Below, piece by piece: positions 7,525 through 15,312 of a DNA stretch of 61,108 bases (positions within the stretch are counted from its first letter, which is position 1; each line of letters begins with the position of its first letter). The translations under genes were made by a program, and so were the position numbers. The notes under the pieces are model-generated. The model was not told the DNA's origin and made no database searches. It saw only the letters and a program-made list of their open reading frames with translations. Origin of the DNA: an uncultured Anaerolineae bacterium (GTDB lineage: Bacteria; Chloroflexota; Anaerolineae; JACRMK01); assembly GCA_964509505.1 (NCBI GenBank), contig CAZDYP010000001.1:1-61108 (forward strand). The letters are read 5' to 3'.

Positions 7525-9213
7525 TCACCCTTCAACCCTCTTCGACACCACCTGCGCCCCTGTCGGCCCGCTCACCCATCCGCCGAATATCGCAGAGAAC
7601 TTGCCCGCGTCGCCGCCGGCGACGACGAGGTGGATGTTGTTGGGCGACGCGAATTTGGGAATGCGTTGGTTTAATTGTTCGTTGGTGAGTTGGTTCGCAT
7701 GTTGCACGCCAAAGCGTTGCGGCGGGATGCCTTCGCCGCAATCGTCATCGCGCAAGAGTTCGCGCAACGGACGCGCCGTTGCCTCTTGAATACGATTGCG
7801 AATGTTGGCTTTCGTCCAGCCGTCGCGTTTCAACGTCTCGACATGCTCAGGACAAATCACGAGCATCACATCGCCGTAGTTGTGCAGCTTCGGATGCCAG
7901 CAACTTTCGAGCGCGAGCCCGAAACTCGTGGCGAGCGCGCGGGCGGTGCGCGAGAGCTGGTCGGCGATGCCGCGCGGCCCTTCAAGCGCGAACACCGTCA
8001 CAACATTCTCTTCTTTTTTGAAACCCCGCTCCACGTGCAACGGCTCCCACACACTCACTTCCTCGTTCTCGGCAAAGCACAGCCCAAACTTCGCGGGTGT
8101 GCCAAGCGCTGAACGCTCGACGCCGCCAGGCTTCGCGCCGCCGACGTTAGCCAGCGTCAGCTTGAGCGCGCGTCCAATCGTCGCGTTAGCGCGATTGCCA
8201 TGTCCCAACGCATTCAGTCCCGCATTCATGCCAATGCGCTGACGAATGGGCCCGTTGACGACGATGACGGGCGTCGCGCCCCACGTTGTCGCGTTGACGC
8301 CGTGGATGTTGAACTCGTCGGTGCAAACCGCTTCCAGCGCGGCGATGACGACGGGCAGATACTCTGGCTTACAACCCGCCATCACCGCGTTGATGGCGAC
8401 CTTCTCAACGGTGGCGGGCGCCAGGTTCGGCGGCACAATTGCCACCACATCTTGCGGATGGCGCGTTGTGCCTTGCAACATACGCAACACACGCTCAGGT
8501 GTTGGTGGCACGACGGGCAAGCCATCGGTCAAGCCTTGCGCAAACATGAACTCGAACTCGTCGTCGGCTGATGCAATCTCGATGCGGCGCGCACGCAATG
8601 GACTGTCTTCCGCTTCAGCCTGCAATCGTTCTACGATGCCGGGCTCAACAGACTTTGAGCCACAGCCCGGGCGCCAATCGGGGAGAGTGTTCCAGTCAAT
8701 ACTGATATTACGTGCTGGTGTCATTGCGAGCGTTTTTTGCGAAGCAATCTCCGTGCTGTCTGAGGGAGATGGCTTCGCTTCGCTCACCATGACTGTGTCG
8801 CGTGAGTTGATCGGAATACTGACTACTGAATACTGAATACTGGCTACTAACGATTGCCACTCGTCTTTGCGATAGCCGATGAGGCGGCGCAGCTCGTGTC
8901 CTTGTGCGTCGGCGAGGATGAGGGTCGGCACGGTTTCGATAGCGTAACGATATGACACATGCAACGCGGTGTCATCGAGTATTGGCAACGTGAGGTGATG
9001 ACGCTCGATGAGTACGTCGTTGCTTTCTTGTCCAACGCACCAGATGTTGACTGCGTCGCCATACGCGCGGTGCATGGCTTCGATGAGCGGCAGCGTGAGG
9101 TTGCACGTCTGACAATCTTCGCGGACGAAGCAGAGGAGCGTGGGGCGGGTAGTGGGGAAGGTGCATGATTGCCCTTGAAGGTCATTGAGAGTGAATGTGG
9201 GAAGTGTAGTCAT
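7525..9213 (-). CDS. fusion ORF: N-terminal thioredoxin-like domain (CQTC) + repeat-derived linker + ~370-aa conserved domain of unknown function
   Basis: 562 aa. N-terminal ~130 aa is TlpA-like (FVREDCQTCNL). The linker is encoded by heptamer repeats and a 74-nt palindrome. C-terminal domain carries DGLPVVPPTPERV and AINAVMAGCKPEYLPVV. Confidence 0.6.
   Translation of the reverse strand: MTTLPTFTLNDLQGQSCTFPTTRPTLLCFVREDCQTCNLTLPLIEAMHRAYGDAVNIWCVGQESNDVLIERHHLTLPILDDTALHVSYRYAIETVPTLILADAQGHELRRLIGYRKDEWQSLVASIQYSVVSIPINSRDTVMVSEAKPSPSDSTEIASQKTLAMTPARNISIDWNTLPDWRPGCGSKSVEPGIVERLQAEAEDSPLRARRIEIASADDEFEFMFAQGLTDGLPVVPPTPERVLRMLQGTTRHPQDVVAIVPPNLAPATVEKVAINAVMAGCKPEYLPVVIAALEAVCTDEFNIHGVNATTWGATPVIVVNGPIRQRIGMNAGLNALGHGNRANATIGRALKLTLANVGGAKPGGVERSALGTPAKFGLCFAENEEVSVWEPLHVERGFKKEENVVTVFALEGPRGIADQLSRTARALATSFGLALESCWHPKLHNYGDVMLVICPEHVETLKRDGWTKANIRNRIQEATARPLRELLRDDDCGEGIPPQRFGVQHANQLTNEQLNQRIPKFASPNNIHLVVAGGDAGKFSAIFGGWVSGPTGAQVVSKRVEG
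8720..8793. repeat. 74-nt nested palindrome (GTCATTGCGAGCG ... GCAATCTCC family), copy inside an ORF
   Basis: Arms GTCATTGCGAGCG/CGCTCACCATGAC and GCGAAGCAATCTCC/GGAGATGGCTTCGC; translated in frame as SEAKPSPSDSTEIASQKTLAMT. Confidence 0.7.
8814..8848. repeat. heptanucleotide tandem repeat (5 x NNNTACT) inside an ORF
   Basis: GAATACT GACTACT GAATACT GAATACT GGCTACT; translated as VASIQYSVVSIP. Confidence 0.7.
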
Positions 9214-9235
9214 CGTATAAAAAGCCTTGTGAGAA

Positions 9236-11755
9236 TTATTGTAATCCCTTCTCCTTCGCCCACTGTCGCACCTGTGAGCGCGCCGTGAAGCCTAACTTGT
9301 TGAAGATGTTGCTGACGTGCGTCTCAATCGTGCGTTCACCCAACACCAACTTCTCGGCGATCTCGCGGTTGCTCAGTCCTTGCCCGACGAGCGCGGCGAC
9401 TTCACGCTCGCGCGCGGTCAAGCCACCTACAGACCCGAAGGGTTTGGCAAACCCTTCGGGTCTCTCTGGAACTTGCAACAACTCCGCTTCGGCGAGTGCT
9501 TGGCGCAATGTCAACTTGCTTCCCGCTTCCCACGCGACGTTGAACGCTTCGTCGCCCAGTTGCGTTCGCAATGCCTCACGCTCGCGCTCAAATTCGGGGC
9601 GATCATCAGGTGTGATGACTCTATAAACGAATGAGTGTCGTGTGTTCACTGTACTGAGCCAGCGCGCTGCATTCTGCCCTTGTCCAACCACACGCGCCAG
9701 CGCGGCAAATCCCAACAGACAATGTGCTAATGGAAATGTAGTTTCCGACTTACGTGCTAACACCAGCGCTTCTGTGAGATGTAGGCGTGCTTCCCTGTAA
9801 TGCCCTTCAGTCGCCGCGACTCGTCCCAACGCAACGAATATATTATCGGTGCCTATGGGATTGTCCAGTTTGTCTCGGATTGCCAGTCCCTCTTCCAGCC
9901 ATTGTCGCGCCCGCGCGTAATCCCCTTGCACGCGCGCTGCTTCTCCAAGCATGTAGGACGCATTCGAGATCAGGAGATCATAACCTCCTTCCCGCGCCCG
10001 CGCCAGCAGGTCTGCAAAAATGGCTTGTCCTGCCGGATAATTTCCTGTATGGTAATCCAGTGAGCCAAGCGCCATGAGTGAGACATAGATTTGAGCAACG
10101 TCACCCGACTCGCGCGCTAAGCCAACGCTCTCATCTAAGAGGACACGCGCCGTGGCGAGGTCGCCCTGTCTCCCAACAGCAAGGGCTTGTGCAACCAAGG
10201 TGCTCGCCAAAAAGCTCTTATGCCCCGTTTGTCGCAAGAGCGACAGACTACGCTCGGTGAATGCACGTGCGTTGGGCATGTCACCTTGCATAAACATAAA
10301 ATGTGCTGCCAAACGCAAAGCACGACCATACCAGGTGCGCTCTTCGGCGGGCGCGGTAGTGTCAGTTTCAAGCTGTGGATTGAGCGCCAATGCCTGCTCA
10401 AGCCACTGTCGTCCTTCGGCAAGGTGGCTGTACACATGCCATAACACATACACCCTTACACTCAAGCGCAACGCTGCTGCTGGGTCGGGCGTGTTCATCG
10501 CCCAACCCAACGCCGCGCGCAAATTGTCCACCTCGCGCACCAGACGCTGCCACTTATCCAGTTGCACAACAGTCATACTGCTTGGCGCAACGGTTGGGGT
10601 AAACGCTAAGAAGTACGCGAGATGGCGCGAGCGCACCGCCTCACTCTCCCCCGACTCCGCCAACTTCTCCAACGCATACTCACGGATCGTCTCCAACATG
10701 CGATAGCGTGGCGCAACGCTCTCCTCATCCAACAGCACCAACGACTTGTCCACCAGATGCGTCAGCATCTCCAGAATGCCAGTCGGCAGTAGCCAGTCGT
10801 CAGTCGGCAGATGTATCTGCTGGCTACCGACGACTGAGGACTGGCTACTGCACACTGCTTCTGCCGCCTCCAACGTCCACCCGCCCGCGAACACGGACAA
10901 GCGTCGCAACAACACCCGCTCGGGTTCGGATAACAGATTGTGACTCCAATCAATCGCCGCGCGCAAGGTTTGTTGGCGGCGCAACGCGGTGCGGCTGCCG
11001 CCCGTCAGCAAGAGGAAACGACTGTGCAAGCGTTCCGCGACTTGTTCGACGCGCATGGCTTTGACGCGCGCCGCTGCCAACTCAATGGCGAGTGGGATGC
11101 CATCCAAGCGTTGACAGATTTGCGCGACCGCTGCGGTGTTGGCGTCGGTCAACTGAAACGTAGCTTGCACCGCCTGTGCGCGGTCAACAAACAACTGCAC
11201 GGATTCCAACTGCGCGAGCTCGGTAGTTGGAATTTGAGAATTGGGATTTGGGATTTCTAGCGACGGCACTTGAAAGGTGCGCTCACCTGTGATGCCGAGC
11301 GCCTCACGGCTGGTGGCTAAAATTTTCACGTGGGGACAGGCGTGCAACACGCTATCCGCGAATTGCGCGCACGCATCAATCAGATGTTCACAGTTGTCGA
11401 GCAGGAGCAACAACTGTTTGGCGCGCAACCAATCCAGGAGCGTCGCCATGATGGGGCGCCCTGGTTCTTCGCGCACACCCAAGACGGTGGCAACGGTTTG
11501 CGGGACGAGCGCGGGGTCGGCGAGCGGCGCGAGTTCGATGAACCACACGCCATCGGGGAACGCCAGACCCGAAGGGTTTTGGAAACCCTTCGGGTCTGCA
11601 ACCTGCAACGCGAGGCGTGTCTTACCCGTGCCGCCCACGCCCGTGAGCGTGAGCAGATGCGTCGTGGCGAGCAGCTGCTTGAGGTGCGTCATCGCCTGTT
11701 CGCGTCCGATGAAACTGGTCGGTTGAATGGGGAGGTTATGCGGGATCGTTGGCAT
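9236..11755 (-). CDS. large ATP-binding LuxR-family regulator (STAND NB-ARC-like NTPase + TPR + C-terminal LuxR/GerE HTH), copy 1
   Basis: 839 aa; Walker A GVGGTGKTRLA, LLLLDNCEH Walker B, TPR-like middle, C-terminal LTAREREVAALVGQGLSNREIAEKLVLGERTIETHVSNIFNKLG. Confidence 0.85.
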   Translation of the reverse strand: MPTIPHNLPIQPTSFIGREQAMTHLKQLLATTHLLTLTGVGGTGKTRLALQVADPKGFQNPSGLAFPDGVWFIELAPLADPALVPQTVATVLGVREEPGRPIMATLLDWLRAKQLLLLLDNCEHLIDACAQFADSVLHACPHVKILATSREALGITGERTFQVPSLEIPNPNSQIPTTELAQLESVQLFVDRAQAVQATFQLTDANTAAVAQICQRLDGIPLAIELAAARVKAMRVEQVAERLHSRFLLLTGGSRTALRRQQTLRAAIDWSHNLLSEPERVLLRRLSVFAGGWTLEAAEAVCSSQSSVVGSQQIHLPTDDWLLPTGILEMLTHLVDKSLVLLDEESVAPRYRMLETIREYALEKLAESGESEAVRSRHLAYFLAFTPTVAPSSMTVVQLDKWQRLVREVDNLRAALGWAMNTPDPAAALRLSVRVYVLWHVYSHLAEGRQWLEQALALNPQLETDTTAPAEERTWYGRALRLAAHFMFMQGDMPNARAFTERSLSLLRQTGHKSFLASTLVAQALAVGRQGDLATARVLLDESVGLARESGDVAQIYVSLMALGSLDYHTGNYPAGQAIFADLLARAREGGYDLLISNASYMLGEAARVQGDYARARQWLEEGLAIRDKLDNPIGTDNIFVALGRVAATEGHYREARLHLTEALVLARKSETTFPLAHCLLGFAALARVVGQGQNAARWLSTVNTRHSFVYRVITPDDRPEFEREREALRTQLGDEAFNVAWEAGSKLTLRQALAEAELLQVPERPEGFAKPFGSVGGLTAREREVAALVGQGLSNREIAEKLVLGERTIETHVSNIFNKLGFTARSQVRQWAKEKGLQ
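9432..9464. repeat. 33-nt palindrome of the GACCCGAAGGGTT family, in frame in LAL-1 linker
   Basis: AGACCCGAAGGGTTT-GGC-AAACCCTTCGGGTCT; translated ERPEGFAKPFGSV just before the LuxR HTH. Confidence 0.8.
10779..10850. repeat. heptamer-built inverted repeat (CAGTAGC/CAGTCGG words) in frame in LAL-1
   Basis: Left arm 10779-10810, right arm 10817-10850; encodes SSQSSVVGSQQIHLPTDDWLLPTG. Confidence 0.7.
11227..11257. repeat. heptamer run (TTGGRAT words) within LAL-1 coding sequence
   Basis: TTGGAAT TTGAGAA TTGGGAT TTGGGAT TTC; encodes EIPNPNSQIPT. Confidence 0.6.
11564..11598. repeat. 35-nt perfect palindrome, in frame after the P-loop of LAL-1
   Basis: CAGACCCGAAGGGTTT-TGG-AAACCCTTCGGGTCTG (16-bp arms); translated ADPKGFQNPSGLA. 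Confidence 0.85.
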
Positions 11756-11787
11756 AAGCGTATAAGCAGCTCACGTTACGCAAAGCC

Positions 11788-11860
11788 GTCATTGCGAGCG
11801 ATTGTTGCGAAGCAATCTCCACGCCGAAAGCGGGGGTTGCTTCGCTCCGCTCGCAATGAC
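11788..11860. repeat. 73-nt nested palindrome (same family as 8720-8793), intergenic copy
   Basis: GTCATTGCGAGCG...GCGAAGCAATCTCC...GTTGCTTCGC...CGCTCGCAATGAC; further flanked by GTTACGC/GCGTAAC. Confidence 0.75.
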
Positions 11861-11898
11861 CGCGTAACATGAATAAGCAGATAAAAAATGAGTGATAG

Positions 11899-12213
11899 TT
11901 AAGCTGGCACAGTGACAGCTTTCCTCGTGGTTGGAATGTGACACTCGCGGTCAAGCTCATGCACTGCCTCGTCGTAAAGCAAGGGCAAGGGTTCAATCGC
12001 CAACCATTTGAGATTACGCCCACTCCACAACGCTTCGAGCTGCTCCAGTGTCAACTGCCGTTGGCGAATCTCTGCATTGTAACGCGCGCCTAAATGCTCC
12101 CATGACAATGGGTAACGCAAGATCACGTGACCATCAGCTCTTTCGATAGCATAGGCGTCAGTGTACCATTTGCCTCGTTCATCTTTGCGTTGCAAACGTC
12201 GCACACGGGTCAT
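11899..12213 (-). CDS. hypothetical protein (104 aa)
   Basis: Only long ORF here; 3 nt downstream of the 167-aa ORF on the same strand; no recognisable motif. Confidence 0.45.
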   Translation of the reverse strand: MTRVRRLQRKDERGKWYTDAYAIERADGHVILRYPLSWEHLGARYNAEIRQRQLTLEQLEALWSGRNLKWLAIEPLPLLYDEAVHELDRECHIPTTRKAVTVPA

Positions 12214-12216
12214 GTA

Positions 12217-12720
12217 TTACCTACCTTTCAAACGCTCTAACCAGCGACGCGCTTCTGCCTCTCGCTCCGTTTCGAGCAAGAACACGCCGATGGCGCTTTC
12301 TAGCAAGTAGTCCAAATCGGTCTCGTCGTCACGATTGGCTTTGAGCAACGTCGCCACTTCAAAACGCTGTCCATACTTTCGCAGCAAGACATCTTGCAGA
12401 TACAGATGCTCCTCATATAAGGCGGCGACATGCACTTCGAGGTGTTGCGCCAGAATCTGTGAAAGTGCGCGACGCCCATAGCGTAAGGGTCTGATGCCCT
12501 GTCGCACAAGGCCGCGAATTTGCACGACCTCGTGGATGATGATGCTGGCGCCATACTCGTCGCCGAAGTGAACGGCTTCATCCCAGACATTGCTGGGCAA
12601 ATCGCCTTGCAAAATAGCGAGGTACTTTTCGACCATCTCCAAGTCTTGCGCCGTGATGCCGTAGCGGTTTATGCCCACAGGGTCAAACCGCTTAAGCAAG
12701 CGTGCATAATTGGTAGTCAT
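12217..12720 (-). CDS. hypothetical protein (167 aa)
   Basis: Clean ORF between the two LAL genes, same strand; no recognisable motif. Confidence 0.5.
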   Translation of the reverse strand: MTTNYARLLKRFDPVGINRYGITAQDLEMVEKYLAILQGDLPSNVWDEAVHFGDEYGASIIIHEVVQIRGLVRQGIRPLRYGRRALSQILAQHLEVHVAALYEEHLYLQDVLLRKYGQRFEVATLLKANRDDETDLDYLLESAIGVFLLETEREAEARRWLERLKGR

Positions 12721-12783
12721 AGTCTATCACCGATTCAAGCAGGTTGCCCAACACCATCACACTCAAGCCATTCACTACTCAGT

Positions 12784-15306
12784 CTAATCTAGTCCCTGCT
12801 CCTTCACCCACCGCCGCACCTCCGCGCGGCGCGTGAAGCCCAACTTGTTGAAGATGCTGCTGACATGCGATTCTACTGTGCGCTCGCCAATGACGAGCGA
12901 TTCTGCGATCTCGCGATTGCTCATGCCTTGTGCGACGAGTGAAGCGACTTCGCGCTCGCGCGCCGTCAACCCACCAAAATCTTGTTTGGCGGTTGGGATT
13001 TGGGGTTTGGGAGTTGGGATTTCTGTAGGTTCGGTGAGCGCGAGCGCGACTGCTTCATCCAACGTCATGCGTCGTCCTGCTTCCCACGCCGCATTGAAAT
13101 CCGCTTCGGAGAATTGCATGCGCACCGTGGCGAGGGTATGCTCTTGTTCACGTTGATTAACAGGCCAACGATACTGACTACCTCTGGCTTCAAGAAAGGC
13201 TTGGATAGCTCCACATAGTCGTGTGGCTCGTTCCAAGTGTCCTCGTGCAGCTCTCACGCTGGCGAGCGTCATCAGGCAGGCGGCCAGGTTTGGAATGTCT
13301 TCCAATTCTTTTGCCAGCACAAGGCTTTCTCTCGCCAACATTTCTGCCCGCGCAGGGTCGCCTTGCTGCACTGCTACCGCCGCCATAAACTGGAGCAATA
13401 CTGCCCGCACGTTTTTGTCTCCCGTTGCACGCTGTAGGGCCAAACCTTCCTCGCCCAACTGTTGCGCCGTGGCGTAGTCGCCCTCAGCCAAAAAAAGACT
13501 CCCTAGTCTACTGAGTGTGCGGGCGATTTGAATTTTGTCACCGAACTCCCGCGCGCGAGTCAAGCCCTGTGCATACCATGAGTGCGCGGCGGCATAATCA
13601 CCTTGAGACTCTGCTACCGACCCTAACCCGAGCAACGATACTACCGTTGTTGCTTTATCACCTAGGGTCCGACCGATAGACAGGCTTTCCTCAAGGTGTG
13701 CTTGTGCTGTTGCGTAGTCGCCGTGCATCCTAAACATATTGCCCAGGAGTCGCAGCGAAAGAGCCATGCCTCGTCTATCTCCAACGTCCCGCGAGATACT
13801 CAATCCCTCTTCACTGTATGAGCGTGCTAAGGCGAGGTCGCCTTGCCGAAAAGCTAATCTGCCAACAGCGATAAGCCCCCTTGCACGCGCGACGGTTTGT
13901 GCTTCCGCTCCGACGTGCGCTAAGGCAGCGGTTAAACGCTCACGTCCTTCACTCACAGGACCGCGTGAAAACCAGAAACTCCACAGCGCCGCTGCCAACC
14001 TCAGGCCCGCAACCGCGTCGCTGCTGTGCAACGCCCAATCCAGCGCCGCTCGGATGTTATCGTACTCCACCTCCAACCGATTGAACCATATCGCTTGCTC
14101 AGGACCTTCTAGTTTCGACTCGGCAGCTTCAGCGAACTGCACGAAAAAGGTGAGATGCCGCTCGCGCACTGGCTCGCTCTCACCTGAAGCCAACAACTTC
14201 TCGCGCGCATATTGCCGCACCGTCTCCAACATTCGGTAGCGTGTCTGTCCCTCAAACTCCTCTGTGATTACAAGCGATTTGTTGACGAGTTGGGTTAGCA
14301 AGTCCAGCACCTCATCAGTAGCCAGTAGCCAGTCGTCAGTAGTCAGATGGGGCTGGCTACTGGTTACTGACGACTGTCTACTGCATACCGCCTCCGCCGC
14401 CTCCAGTGTCCACCCACCCGCGAACACGGAGAGGCGTAACAACAGGGTGCACTCAGGCGCGGTCAACAAACTGTAACTCCAATCAATCGCCGCGCGCAGC
14501 GTTTGTTGGCGCGGCACCGCCGTGCGACTACCGCCCGTCAACAAGCGAAAGCGATCATCCAAGCGCGCTGCAATTTGCTCGACGGAGAGAGCCTTCACAC
14601 GCGCCGCCGCGAGTTCGAGCGCGAGCGGGATGCCATCCAAGCGTTGACAAATCTGCACGACGGCAGCTGCGTTGGCTTCCGTCAACTGGAAATGCGATTG
14701 CACCGCCTGTGCGCGCTCGACAAACAGTTGCACGGATTCCAGTTGCGCGAGCTCAGCCGTTGGGAGTTGGGAATTGGGAGTTGGGAGTTGCAGCGAGGGC
14801 ACTTGAAAGGTTTGTTCACCCGCGATGCCGAGTGCCTCGCGACTCGTGGCTAAAATCTTCACATCGGGGCACGCATGTAACATGGTGTCCGCGAATTGCG
14901 CGCACGCATCAATCAGATGTTCGCAGTTGTCGAGGAGGAGTAACAGAGATTTCGCACGCAACCAATCCACGAGCGTCGCCGTGATGGGACGCCCCTGTTC
15001 TTCGCGCACACCCAAGACCGAGGCGACGGTTTGCGGCACGAGCGAAGGATCAGCGAGTGGCGCGAGCTCGATGAACCACACGCCATCGGGGAACGCCAGC
15101 CCCGAAGGGTTTTGGAAACCCTTCGGGGCTGCAATTTGCAAGGCGAGGCGGGTCTTGCCCGTGCCGCCGACGCCCGTGAGGGTGAGCAGCTGCGTGGTGG
15201 CGAGCAGTTGCTTGATTTGCGCCATCACCTGTTCGCGCCCGATGAAACTCGTCGGTTGGAGGGGAAGATTATGTAAAAGCACGGACCCTCCGCTCACTCT
15301 CGACAT
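12784..15306 (-). CDS. large ATP-binding LuxR-family regulator (STAND NTPase + TPR + LuxR HTH), copy 2
   Basis: Track ORF starts at 15333 inside a heptamer array. ATG at 15306 (MSRVSGGSVLLHNLPLQPTSFIGRE) aligns with the LAL-1 N-terminus. Walker A GVGGTGKTRLA; C-terminal LTAREREVASLVAQGMSNREIAESL. Confidence 0.85.
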   Translation of the reverse strand: MSRVSGGSVLLHNLPLQPTSFIGREQVMAQIKQLLATTQLLTLTGVGGTGKTRLALQIAAPKGFQNPSGLAFPDGVWFIELAPLADPSLVPQTVASVLGVREEQGRPITATLVDWLRAKSLLLLLDNCEHLIDACAQFADTMLHACPDVKILATSREALGIAGEQTFQVPSLQLPTPNSQLPTAELAQLESVQLFVERAQAVQSHFQLTEANAAAVVQICQRLDGIPLALELAAARVKALSVEQIAARLDDRFRLLTGGSRTAVPRQQTLRAAIDWSYSLLTAPECTLLLRLSVFAGGWTLEAAEAVCSRQSSVTSSQPHLTTDDWLLATDEVLDLLTQLVNKSLVITEEFEGQTRYRMLETVRQYAREKLLASGESEPVRERHLTFFVQFAEAAESKLEGPEQAIWFNRLEVEYDNIRAALDWALHSSDAVAGLRLAAALWSFWFSRGPVSEGRERLTAALAHVGAEAQTVARARGLIAVGRLAFRQGDLALARSYSEEGLSISRDVGDRRGMALSLRLLGNMFRMHGDYATAQAHLEESLSIGRTLGDKATTVVSLLGLGSVAESQGDYAAAHSWYAQGLTRAREFGDKIQIARTLSRLGSLFLAEGDYATAQQLGEEGLALQRATGDKNVRAVLLQFMAAVAVQQGDPARAEMLARESLVLAKELEDIPNLAACLMTLASVRAARGHLERATRLCGAIQAFLEARGSQYRWPVNQREQEHTLATVRMQFSEADFNAAWEAGRRMTLDEAVALALTEPTEIPTPKPQIPTAKQDFGGLTAREREVASLVAQGMSNREIAESLVIGERTVESHVSSIFNKLGFTRRAEVRRWVKEQGLD
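12986..13023. repeat. heptamer run (TTGGGNT words) in frame in the LAL-2 pre-HTH linker
   Basis: TTGGCGG TTGGGAT TTGGGGT TTGGGAG TTGGGAT TTC; encodes EIPTPKPQIPTAKQ. Confidence 0.65.
14316..14383. repeat. heptamer-built inverted repeat (CAGTAGC words) in frame in LAL-2
   Basis: 31-nt arms 14316-14346 / 14353-14383, 23 of 31 positions complementary by hand alignment; encodes SRQSSVTSSQPHLTTDDWLLATDE. Confidence 0.7.
14760..14794. repeat. heptamer run (TTGGGAG words) within LAL-2 coding sequence
   Basis: TTGGGAG TTGGGAA TTGGGAG TTGGGAG TTGCAGC; encodes LQLPTPNSQLPT. Confidence 0.65.
15097..15131. repeat. 35-nt perfect palindrome, in frame after the P-loop of LAL-2
   Basis: CAGCCCCGAAGGGTTT-TGG-AAACCCTTCGGGGCTG; differs from the LAL-1 copy by a paired A>C / T>G change that keeps the stem. 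Confidence 0.85.
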
Positions 15307-15312
15307 CAAATC

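Noticed and set aside
9236-15306. LAL proteins as Avs-like antiviral STAND NTPases
   Set aside because: The C-terminal domain is a canonical LuxR/GerE HTH and there is no nuclease, protease or other effector domain. The simplest reading is transcriptional regulators of the MalT/LAL type.
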